From Ramazzottius varieornatus (taxonomy: Eukaryota > Animalia > Tardigrada): 64,000 bases of DNA. The notes under the pieces were generated by a model. It did not search any database and was not told where the DNA came from. It saw nothing but the letters and a program-made list of their open reading frames with translations. Below, piece after piece: positions 53,001 through 64,000 of the stretch. Every line of letters begins with the position of its first letter. Position 1 is the stretch's first letter. The DNA lies in NCBI GenBank assembly GCA_001949185.1, contig BDGG01000022.1, positions 62,001 through 126,000 on the forward strand, read 5' to 3'. The translations under genes and the position numbers were made by a program.

Positions 53001-54439
53001 AGCCACTCATAACATGTTCAAGAGCGCCAGACATGGTCCTGTTATGGGTGTGGGCATTCAGGTAGGACGACAACTACTGCACAGCTGGCCAAAGAAACCC
53101 TTGTTTTGTCAGATGGCGCACACTCGCAGTGTTGGTCGTCGGCAGTGTGCGCCACTTGGGAAAACGATCTGATCAAGTTGCCCAGGGTGCGCTTGACCTC
53201 GTTGGCTACTGCTGAAGCTTGTCGGAAAGGGTTTTCGCCTCTGCAGGTGGAAGAGGAGGATTTAGAGCCGGACTCGTCGGACGAGGAAGTGCAGGACATA
53301 TTGCGCGAGGCCCAGGAAGAGATTCTAGAGTTAAAGTTCAGCCTGGAAGACGCCCTGATGGATTTGTCGGCCGAGAAGCAGAAGAATGCCCACCTGGAGA
53401 CGCGCGTCAACGCCTGGATTCGCGCCCACTTTAGCGCCTCCTCCATGGAAGCCGAACGACTGGAGACACTGAACAACGTGGCCACCTACTACTACGACTT
53501 CGCCAAGAAGGCTGAAGAAGGCAAGCGCACCATCAAGGCTGAACTGGAACTCTTCAGAGCCAACTTTGTCCGCGCCCAGAAAGAAACCGAATCGTATCGG
53601 TAGGGCACGATCAAGACTGTCGACATGTTCAGAAGAATGTCACATCAAAAGCTTTCCTTTTGCAGATCGCAGATTATCGAGTTGCAAGGTGCCTCGACGC
53701 GCGAGCTGGAACGGATTCAGCAAGCCAAGACGAGGAACGAGAAAGAAGCCCAAGAGACGATCCAGACTTTGCGTCGTCAGCTGGCCGACTCGGCGGTGGC
53801 TGCTGAACACGCTAAGCGAGCGCAATTGGCGGCCGAAGAGAATGTCCGCAGGCTGAATGCGGGTGGTGGCGCGGCACTACGCCCTGCGGCCCACCACGCA
53901 GCACCACAGCCGGCCTATGCTGCCTCCGACGAGTCCGAACCCACACCGCCACCCAAGAAGCGAGCTCCGCGTGGCTCTAACAAGAAGGCCACCGCCGCCG
54001 CCACCGCACAAGCCCAGGCCATCGTGGCACAGCGCCAGCGCGAAGAACAGGTAACAGAAGTGCGGGGCACAACAAGATTGTTATCCCAAGTGGCGTACGT
54101 TTATACTGTTAATGGCTTGAGTGGCGCACGTCTTCAGTGTTACAGGCCGGTGCAGTGCACCGCTTGAAGAAAATTTGGGAGCTTTTTCAGAAGGGTTAAG
54201 TGGAAATTCGCTGTGCCAAACATTTGTCGTTTCCGTGTCTACAGGCAGCAGCGGAAGCTGCGGAAGCCCAAGCGGCAGCTGCGCAGGCCAACACGGGACG
54301 AGGGAGGAAGCGCGGTCGAGCAGCCAAGGAGCCGTCGCAGTCGCAGACGCCGTCGCCCGCCAAGGATTCTTCGGCAAGTAGCAAAAAGCAGCGCGAGTCT
54401 TCTGTCGACCGTGCTGTCCGTTACTTGATGAGCTTGTAG
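50046..54439 (+). CDS. THAP zinc-finger protein with AT-hook-like motifs, coiled coil and C-terminal RESSVDRAVRYLMSL
   Basis: CVVPDC...FVFP...W...LCVKHF...LKKDAVPTIF (about 51519-51795); KRGRP; heptad-rich region at 53250-53850; consistent splice sites. Confidence 0.8.
51995..52016. repeat. (TG)11 microsatellite immediately upstream of a splice acceptor
   Basis: Directly visible; followed by TTTTCAG. Confidence 0.9.
53110..53158. repeat. Intronic hairpin repeat family, single unit
   Basis: TGGCGCACAC-loop-GTGTGCGCCACTTG followed by GGAAAACGATCT, in a THAP-gene intron. Confidence 0.8.
54087..54166. repeat. Intronic hairpin repeat family, one partial plus one degenerate unit
   Basis: CAAGATTGTTATCC-CAAGTGGCGTACG...GAGTGGCGCACGTCTTCAGTGTTAC, in a THAP-gene intron. 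Confidence 0.75.
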
Positions 54440-55080
54440 ACAAGGTGCAGGGATTCTGCGTTGATGAAAGGCAATTTGACTTTAAATTTTGCACTTCTTT
54501 TCTTGTTGGTTATTTTTCCCACTAATCGCATTCTTTGAATATTCCGGAATTTTGAATGATGAATCGTGGCGGACTGTTGAATTTACGGCTGTAGTACTTG
54601 CAAGTGAGGAGTTGTGTTTCTCGATGGGCATTGTATTGCTGCACTGAATGGACATCAGCATTGTTATCAATGGTTAAAGGCATTGCGCAATAGGTGGGGG
54701 TTACCGTCAGATGGAGATGGAGACGGGCGAGGCGGGGAGACCACACAAGAGAGCCTGTCCGCCATTTTCAATACGGAATCTGGGCTTTCATATGAGAAGC
54801 CGAGCTTCGTTTTAATGATAGTTGTGGTCTCCCCGCTCGTCAGTCTGTCTTCTCTCCTGCATTGAATGGGAGCGTTGTGGTGATCGAAAGGCAAGTTAGT
54901 GAAAAAGTGGTGAGACTTGCGCTGTCACGGGACTGTCGATACAGTGTAGGCTGCTGTGCATATCTCGAGAAAAGCTGGGGCTGAGAGCGAGGCGGTACAC
55001 ATTGGGTTGGTTGGAGGAGGAAGGGACGACGTGTCGAAAGAGAAAAGTCAGTGATGAATATTGGGTCTTTTGTTATGCAG

Positions 55081-55873
55081 GCTTCGGCGGTGTCGCAAGC
55101 TGCAAACTGGACTTCGGGTGCGTCGCAGAGGTACGAAGCCGTCAGTCCCTCCAGCTCTGAAGCACCTGCCGACTATACCATGTTCCCCACCGGCATCGAC
55201 TACTTCCTGCAGCCCGGCGCTGCGCAACAGCAAATGACCAACCCTCCATCCACCTCCCAGACAGTATGTCTCTTAGACGCATTTCCTACCCATTTTGTCG
55301 GATACGTCTTTAGTCAACAAATTTTTGGGCGGTGTTGCTTTTCTTAATCACAGTCCATGCCCATTTTTTGTTGCTGTTTTGTAGCATCGAGGTGTTGGAG
55401 ACTACAACCAAGGAGCTCTCCAGCAACAAGGACAGCGATCTCAGCAGCAACAGTCCCAGAGTCAGCCCGGTTCGTCGGCATTCCTCAACACGGGTCTACA
55501 GGCGCAGTTAAACGCCGCTAACGCTTTCCCCACTGTCCAACAATATTTCCAGAATGCCGTTGCCAACCCTCTTCCCCTCTTCACCGCCGCCGCCACGCCT
55601 AGTGAGCCTTTCATGTTCCCTTAGCCGCCCATGCTTTTCTCCATCTAATGTATACTTCCTTCTTTGTTCGCAGATCTGGCCTTTGGTGCGTATGGCAGCG
55701 TTGCCCAACAAGGCGTGGCACAAACAGGATACCAGGCTACACAGCAGTTTGTCAACGCCATGGCCAGCGAGGTCTCCGTCATCCGTACACGTTCAAGCTC
55801 GTCCAGGAACCAGTCGCAGGCTGATGTGGCGCATTTACATCAGCCATCGTCGCAGCACAATTACCGACGATGA
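55081..55873 (+). CDS. Three Gln/Ser/Ala-rich exons, probably an alternative 3' end of the THAP gene
   Basis: Begins at a phase-0 acceptor (TGCAG|GCT). The exons join in frame (...STSQT|HRGVGDYNQGALQQQ...AATP|..LAFGAYG...HNYRR*). No separate first exon found. Confidence 0.55.
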
Positions 55874-56783
55874 CCACAACAAGTCTCCGGAACCAGGGAT
55901 TGACGCTCGTTCTCTCTTCATTCACTTACTACCTTCGGTCTACCGCATCGCCAGACATTTTCATGACGAGCAGATATTCCGTACATTTTTTTTGTTCTAA
56001 ACCTATTTACTAACAAGGCACGCCATGTGGGTGTCGTCCGATTTTCAGGCCGCTGACATTTTCTTTGTTCTGCCTTTCTTCTGTTACCTCGTCACGCTTG
56101 AGGCTAGCTTGTATAACGATGTGGATGTTGTTGGTATTCTTGTCTCAAACCACTTTAAAATAACACTGAAATGAGATGGGCGGAGGACTGGTCGGTTCGG
56201 TGAAGGTGAAGCTGTGGAAGCAGGAAGTTTCCCTTATTCAATGCCGCAATTCTACGTTGGCAAATTCGTGACAGTGCTCTGTCGCGTCAGTGTGCACGTC
56301 CGCAGGCTTTTCCCTGATTCTAACAACAATATCATCCTTCGTCTTCCACGAAGTTTTTCTAATCCAGATTCTTCTCTATTCCGGAAAGCGGGACCCCGAA
56401 CTTGAAAGCATTGAATACAGTCCTACCTGTGTTTCATGCTGGTGTTTCAGTGCTCTTACAGTAAGTCAGGTCATGCGTAACGTTATCTGCTACGTTACGT
56501 CATGTCATACAGATTAACACAACCGTCGCACCACTGGCGTACAGTATATGCGTATAAGCTCTCATAATTAATCTTATTGGAATCCCGATGAAAGTCAGGG
56601 AACTTGGGTTACTTGCTCCTCTTGTCGCATCGTAGTGTCCGAGCGCAGAAGTGGCAGGACAGCCATCGAAAGGTCTGCCAGAAGCAGACGGAGAGAGCGG
56701 ATGCCTTGTTGGGATAAGTGGTGGGTCTGAATGGCACTTTGCCTTGAGACTGATCTAACACCGTTCTCCCTGCCGTTTCCAGG

Positions 56784-58951
56784 ATGATGAACGGGATGCT
56801 AGCCATTAGTGAGGAAGAGGCCCTCAGTTCCCTGTACTCGTCACCGGCTTACCAGCTCCTCCATTCGTCGCATTCGTCGTCGCAGGTTCAGCGCGACTCG
56901 GACATCCTGTCGTCCATCGATGCCGAGGCGGAGGCCACTTCGCGACGGAAGATGCGTCGTAGCGATGCTCCACTATACATGTTGATGCTCTTCATCCTTG
57001 TCTTGGTCGTCTTGACACTCAGCGAGATTGCTATGGTCAAGCATAGCGGCGGATCAGTGATGGTCGGACGGGGAGGCTTCCATATGAGCATGGCCAAGGT
57101 GAGCTATATGTTATAGCTACTGTAATTACAGTATATTACTGTATAGGCTAATAATACTCATCCATGTTACAATTCTTTCAGCAATCGGCCAGCGTTATCC
57201 ACGATCACCACAACAGCGAGCACCTGAAGGTGGAGTCTCTGCTGCCAGGGAATGTGCCCTCGATGGAGCTGAACAAGCGCTTGTGGTATCAGGACTTTCA
57301 TCAGCACCGCATCCAAGAAATCCTCCATCAAGTCATGGCCGAGTCGCAGCTGCTCTTTGGCACTGTCGACGCTGGCAACGGCACCAACACTTCGGCACTG
57401 ATAGCCAACGATGACTGGCCCTTCCACCCTGTCATGATCTACGACAATGACACCAGCTTCGTCTCGACGGAGAACTTTACCAGTATGGAAATGTGCCCGG
57501 AAGTGCCACCAAGCTTACGTAAGGATCGATACCTTCCATCTATCTAACGCTTAACGGTTCTGATAAGGTCGTTTGGCATGCTATAGAAGGACAGATGCAG
57601 CTGAATCTGGAGACGATGCCGACATTCGAGCACATTGCCGAAGAGAATCCTCAATTGGAAGCTGGCGGGACCTTCAAGCCCGCCGACTGCATTGCCCGCT
57701 ACCGCATCGCCATCATCATTCCCTACCGCGACCGCGAGAACCATCTCAAGAGTCTGCTACACTACCTTCATCCGGTCCTGCAACGACAGCAACTTGAATA
57801 TCGAGTCATTGTCGTCGAACAAGTCAGTCTACTCATTCCGCATTTACTGTACTTTACTTGACTTCCTGTGGAACAAACTGTTTTAATTTCTTGACAACGC
57901 ACGATCGTGATGACAGAGGGAGCTTGTTGCTCAATTTGTCTGTTTGCAGTATGGAGACAAGACCTTCAACAAGGCCAGAATTATGAACGCGGCCTTCAAA
58001 GAAGCGCTCAAGCGCAGCCATTATGACTGCTTCATTTTCCACGATGTCGATCTCATCCCGGAGAACGATCGCAACTTTTACGGCTGCCCCGATCAACCGC
58101 GTCACATGTCTGTGGCTGGTTAGTATGCTTTCCCTTTCTGTCATGCTCCTCTTCTTTATCTGGTTAGGATTCGGTCATGATATCGTTGGGTGTCTTGTCT
58201 TATAGTGAACGAACTGGGATATCGGTAAGACTCATTTGTGGTGCCCTGTGGAAGTGTGTGTGTGTGTGCGTGTTTTGGTACTCTGCGTCCCATTTCCTCT
58301 CCTTCACAAATGCTCATTGTGTTATCGACGACGTACTGTGTTGACAGACTGACGTATCAGGACCTGGTTGGCGGTGTCTTGGCTTTCCGTACCGAGCACT
58401 TTTTCAAAGTCAATGGCTACAGCAATCTCTACTGGGGGTAAGTCCACGGGGTTTGTACCTTTATTTAAAACCTAGTTTACTTCGATAAACACCAAGAGGG
58501 TGCACAACCTGTCAGTTTGACCATTGCTGAACTTATGTCGCAGGTGGGGCGCCGAGGATGACGATATGGGTAAGGTTTGCTAGTAACCGACCACACTGTT
58601 CGCACTTGACATTTCCCGCCTAATTATGACTCTTTGCAGCGTACCGCATTCGGCATGTGGGTTTGAAGGTGATCCGTCCTCCGCCAGAAATCTCGCGATA
58701 TTCCATGATTAAGCACGTCAAACGGACACCGGTCGAAAAACGGTAGAGTTACTGTAACAGCTACTCCTTTCGCTCATGATTACGGCTTGTATTTGTGGCT
58801 TCTTGACAGGCAAAAGCTGTTGTACACGGCTCTGCGTCGCTACAAGGTGGACGGACTAAACAGTCTGTCCTACAAGTTGTCCTCCTTCACCGAGTACCCC
58901 GTATATACCAAGATTATAGTCGACATCGGTGATCCTCCGCCCGGCTTTTGA
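56784..58951 (+). CDS. Glycosyltransferase family 7 (beta-1,4-GalT / bre-4-like beta-1,4-GalNAc transferase)
   Basis: Type II TM; IAIIIPYRDR, FNKARIMN, FIFHDVDLIPE, NGYSNLYWGWGAEDDD, YSMIKH, DGLNSL. Confidence 0.93.
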
Positions 58952-60258
58952 CATTTCCCCCTTTTCAGCTCTCTCGGTTTCCAGCTGTCCAGCTCAACCC
59001 TGATCTGTTGTGTTACACACTTCTGTCAGTCTCAACCAAAGATTTGAATTTTATCTGCCATTTTAATTGTAGTTGTTGTATTTTGCTTTCACTTCCGTTG
59101 TGGTCTTAAAGACTTTTTTAATCAAGTTTCTTCGCAAAGTTTCTTCGCAGTTTCATCGTCGCACGTCCTGCTGTCGCAAGCTTCAGACAGAGCTTCTGCA
59201 CGTTGATCTGTGGATCGGCACGTAGCAGTGCTGAGTTTTGGTTTTTGTTTGATTTGATTTTGCGAATCGCCGCTTGTGCAAAACAGCTTATTTTGTTTCA
59301 TCTGGAGAATATTCTCTTTGTGGTTCCCTGCTGGGTTCTCGATGAAGTCACGTACCATAGTATCTCCCTTGATCAGTTTTCAAGCTTTTGCGCACCAATA
59401 ACCGTCTGTTTTCACGTCTGTAGTTCAGTCCAAGCCCCTACGTTCCCGAAAGTTCTCCGAGAACCTGGGGTTCATGGCGCCATCTGTGGAGGTCCCGTGG
59501 GTAGCGGCCAATGAAATGGCAGAAGGCGGGCGCTGCGCCATATGCCCAACAGGGATGGGGGAGGGGCCAATTGTGAACAATGGTGGGCAGCTATTCGAAT
59601 GGTGGCCATGCGCATGCCGTCCCTTCCTTTAATACAGGAAAGAGAGCGCTGGCTGCTTGTTTTGCATTAATTTCGTGCTCATCAGTTTGAAAGCGGAGTT
59701 GGCCGAGTTGAGAAGGAGACAAAATTACAAAAGTGCACTTGACAAAGTTGATGCTGCACCATCATTTCCATCATCGAAAAGCGGCTGTTCGCCTTGTTTG
59801 CATAAGCTTCTTTTCATTGGTTATCTAGGCAGCGCTGCTTGTTGTCCCACCACTACCGGCCAAACATCCATCTCGCATCCTGTTGTTTAATGGTGAGCCA
59901 AGTTGTGTTCCATTCCGGATTTGCCAAATTAATTATAATCAAAATATTCACTTTGCGAAGAACGAATTTCATTTGTCAACGTTAGAAGTCATTCGTGTGG
60001 GAGATTCGATCTTTCCGTTCTCAGATTTGCATTACTCTTCGTTCTTGTTGATCGTTGCTCTCTTCCTCGAGACTTTTAGCCGTGGTTGCTGACGGTAACT
60101 CTCGAGAGGATTGCATCCGCCAAGATTGCTGTACGTAACCGATTTGTTTGACTTGTCCGCGGTTAACCGCAGTCATGTCTTTCTTCATTGCGGTGTTCAC
60201 TTCATTCGTTGCAGGTTCACTTCATTGCATAGGACTGGACTGGGGATCGAGAAGAGGG

Positions 60259-63200
60259 ATGGCTAGCTCGTTATGGAAGTACATCAAAAGCAAGGTGGCC
60301 GGTCAGGCGGATCATGGCAGTCAACTCACCGATCTGCTGGCCTTTTCCAAGGCAAGTCAACCTTCCTCTCTTTATTGAATATTGCAGTGTTATTGGGGTG
60401 ATTATTAGTGACTGGCTTGGTCAAGCGAAAACAATCGATAGTGTGATGTGACCGGCTGGAAGAGGGACAGGAGACGATTCGTGGCGGATGAGTGGCGCTT
60501 GTCATAGGATGAAAGATGGAGATGACTGCGCCATGACGAATGGCCACTCATCCCCACAAGGCAGAACTCTTGTGTACACACGTGATCACTTAGTGGGAGC
60601 TTGCCATATTGTAGTCACGTGACCACTGCCTTGTTTCTGGGACGGGGTAATTTAAACTGATTCTGATTACTTTGCCAACCGACGCGCAATTTAATCCCTT
60701 CGTATAATCTTTTGGCTGCTTACCACTGTTACACAGTGGGTTCGAGTGGGTCCTTACGGAGGTTGCATAGTGTGCTTACGTTTGGCTGAATTAATTTTGA
60801 ATCAGGAGCGCACAGCGAGAAGCGTGAATGTTGCCCGGAAATGCAAATATTGCCAACGTTGCTGCGTGTGGGCGATATTTACGGTTCGCTGCAACGCGCG
60901 TTTTCTTCCGCCTCGATATCGAAGGGGATTTTTCCTTTCGGTGACCTGAAGAATGCACAGCTTTCTCTGTTTGAACTAAGTCTGTTTTCACCTTCAGTCT
61001 AATTTAGTTAAAACTTGGAAGGAAAGGAAGACAGATTTGCTATCCCAATAAACAAGACCTGACTTAGATTTTTTCATCTGTGAGAGTTTTAGTTTTGGTG
61101 AAGTTTGAGATGGCGTAAGAGTTGTACAATGGGTGAGAATGAGCACAGCAGGTTGGAAGAAGCCATTGTGATGGTGTGTCAGGGTGGGAAGGAGTGTGAA
61201 ATGTGTTGCGCTTGACCAGTCGCCAAGAATGCAGGCTTTTCTATTTTAAAATGAAAGAGTTGATTTCCTGCGGCCATAATGTCTTATGTTCTCTTCACTC
61301 TGTCTGATTTGCAGGGCGCCCAGCATGGCTTCCCCGAATGTCCCGTCGCGCTGGCCTTTGACAAGCAATTGAGTCTTCTGGCCATGGCCACTGGCCTCGG
61401 ATCTGTACACATGTAAGTAACCACTTCTTGGACACATGCTCACAGTCCATAGGGTGGTCATAGGCCATCGGGACCATGCCGGACACATAGAAGTGTCTGC
61501 CATCAGTGAAGGACTTGGCCTATCTATCTCCGTGGGTGCTAGTTCCAGCGCGACCCATAGAGAATGACTAGTTGCTTCCCCGAAGAACTGACGTGTCGAA
61601 AGTTTGACTTGTTTACGATGCTTTGTTATGCTTAGATGATCAGTTTGGAAAGTAATGTGGCGAGATTGCTGACTGACTGGGCCATGTCGCATTTTCTCTT
61701 CCTGCTTGGCACAGCAGACATCAACATGGCCGGGCTTATGGCAAATGATAGCGCCACTGCGATGCTACGGAATGTTGTGTGCAGCTGGCGCAGTCAGGAA
61801 GAGAAGCTAGGGGGAATGAAGGATAGGAATGAAGGGACATTGGACCGGAAATGAAGAGCCGCAGTTGTGATAAAAGGCTCATTACGCTCCCTTCTTTTTC
61901 TCTGCGGTCCACAGGGACCTACCCTTGATTGAAATTAATGGTGTCCCCTCAGCCAGCATGATTTATTGGGATGGCGTGTCTCGAGGAAGGTTGTGCCGTT
62001 GTAGGCTCCAGCACGCCAAATGAAACTTGAGAAAGGAATATTACCTTAACTGCGCTCGTTGATGTTCCTTTACAACGAGCAACAAGTTAACAATGAAACA
62101 TTCTATCCTCCCTTTTTCCCAGATTTCAAGAACCTCCGATGGTTGGAGCTGAAACCAAGGGATGTAGCGAAGAGAGGAAGCGAGCGGCCCAGTCCTTGTT
62201 GACTTTTGCTTGCTTGCTTGCGCTGGAAGGAAAATGAGGGGAAAGAAGTTGGCGTTTCCGCTGTTCTTTTCATTCATCCTTCCTCTCTGCTTGGGCAGTC
62301 ATCAGCACTGTAGGTCCTTCGGTCGAGTTTTTGGTATTTGCATAGTAATCAGATAAGAAAAGCCGGCTGACTAAAGCGGTGATTTCGGCGACCTGTCGAG
62401 GGTTCTTCAGCGCGCTTTTTCATCAAAGAGTGTAAATTGTCGGCTCGTATCGATCGGTTCGATCGCCGGTGGTGTAGTAGCTTGTTTTAGAAGGTGAAGG
62501 CTTGTTGGCACTACTGTCTTGTAACGTTTAACTCAGCGGTGATCACAAAAGGCTTTGCTGCTGTGCAAAGCTCGTTCACACATTTCAGTATGAGCTAAGC
62601 TGCCATTGTTTACCTAGCCAAGCACTCGTGGGAGCAGTTTTGTCAGATCAGACAATTAGGTTTGTAGCAAGTTGACCAACAACTATCTGCACGTGCAAAA
62701 ACGCGCTGACTCTTCACGTCGTAAAATGAATGGTCGAGTGCAATTACTCGTGCGTAGAATCGGCCCTAAGAGTCGTACATAGCATAGAAATGACTGTGTT
62801 AGGTACATTGGATAGTGGAGGGTCTTGTTGATTGTAGTTTCGGCTCGAGCGGAGTGGCGCTGGTCTATCAGGATGAGAAGCAGCGGGCGGCGCGCCACCT
62901 GGCCTTCGTTCCCAACCAGGGAAGGCTGGTGGTCATTCAGCAAGACGGACACATTTCCCTGCTGGAACTGAACACTTCCAAAGATGGCAGTCACACCGTG
63001 CTGGAAAATGTCAAGACTATCCAGTCTTCCAGGTAAGCTTGAACCTGCCTATCGGACCAGTTTGAGTATCAGCGTCGCAAGGTTCTCTTTCGTCTTTGGC
63101 AGAGTGGAGAAGGTGTCGTGCGCCGCGGTGGTCAGCCGAGAGGCTTCGTCCTTCCTGTGGTGTGGCTGCCAAGACAGCTCCATCGCCGTCTTCTCCCTGC

Positions 63201-64000
63201 CTTCCTTGGAAGACAGCGCCGACACTTCCTTCAAACACTGGCTGACCAGCGAAGCGGAAAGGATCACCGCCACCACCGCAATGTAAGCTTCCTCCGACAA
63301 GTTCAGGCTCCCCCCAGAGTTTCCATCGGTGTTTTTGTGGGTTTCTTTGACAGTGATGGCTCGCAGGGAGGTGAGAAGGCCTCAGAAGTGACGATGAGCG
63401 AAGGCAAGACTTCACCGACACCAGCCGCACATGGCAAAGTGGTGGCCATCGAGCAGCATCCCCAAAAGCAGAACTTGCTGTTGGTGGGCTTTGCCGACGG
63501 CCACATTGTTCTTTACGACTTGGAGGCCAAAGTCAGCCACAGGAAGTTTCTCCATTCTGGCCAGGTATCTCTTGGTCGATGCCAGTGCATCTGACATTTG
63601 CTGTCGCTTTTCTACTTATCTCACTTCTTGACCTGTCAGTCTTCTCTGTTGCTGCAGGTGATGACGCACGTTGGTTGGCAGTCCAGTGCTGATGTCTTCA
63701 ACAGTACCTACGACGATGGAAGCTACCTGACCTGGAATACCGCCCAGGAGAGTCCCTTGGATAAGCCAATAACTCCCTATGGTATGGCAGATTCAGTGAA
63801 GAATGCTAAGCTTTTGAAGAGATGGTCGGTAGTAAGTGGAGCCTCGTCGAAGAAAGTCGACGATTGACTTTTGCAAGTGGCGCACGCTGCCAGCCGATTA
63901 CACTGGTGACGTGCGTCGGTTGGGAAAGCAAGCTTGTCGAGCTGCCAGGTTTGGCCATTGAAGTCATTGAAGAATGAGGGCTTGATGTGTAGGTCCCTAT
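60259..64000 (+). CDS. LLGL: Lethal(2) giant larvae homolog (WD40), 5' part; runs off the window
   Basis: LLAFSK|GAQHGFPECPVALAFD, FGSSGV, LAFVPNQGRL, VVAIEQHP...LLVGF; last visible exon 63658-63781. Confidence 0.85.
63874..63922. repeat. Intronic hairpin repeat family, single unit
   Basis: CAAGTGGCGCACG-loop-CGTGCGTCGGTTG followed by GGAAAGCAAGCTTG, in an Lgl intron. Confidence 0.8.

Noticed and set aside
59122-59480. Minus-strand ORF upstream of Lgl
   Set aside because: No domain recognised and candidate splice combinations hit stops.

Overview
Compact, intron-rich invertebrate animal DNA with short GT-AG introns and roughly one gene per 4 kb. The style suggests a tardigrade-like genome, which is an inference only. 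Sixteen host gene models were reconstructed by eye: two LAPTM-like 4-TM proteins, Flower/CACFD1, POLR1E (RPA49), a neuronal calcium sensor, FBPase, GAS1, TMEM50, GDPGP1, COMMD5, beta-PIX/ARHGEF7, progranulin, a THAP-domain protein, a bre-4-like beta4GalNAc-transferase, the 5' part of Lgl, and a set of Q-rich exons that probably belong to the THAP gene. DNA transposons form two nests: three hAT MITEs inside one another at 6.2-7.8 kb, each with a perfect 8-bp TSD, and at 22-33 kb a Mutator-like element truncated by a hAT that itself carries a second hAT. The best candidate for a new system is that Mutator-like element. It has (i) a convergent second gene with an MRG15/MSL3-type chromo-barrel (Tudor-knot) domain, (ii) a C-terminal peptide RESSVDRAxRxLMSL* shared with the host THAP gene 27 kb away, with mostly synonymous differences, and (iii) element-specific GCCGGCGAGSTC motifs repeated at a 24-bp period in seven of its introns. 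This layout recalls the plant VANDAL/VANC anti-silencing system. Other oddities are two homologous introns within TMEM50 and a family of hairpins found only in introns.
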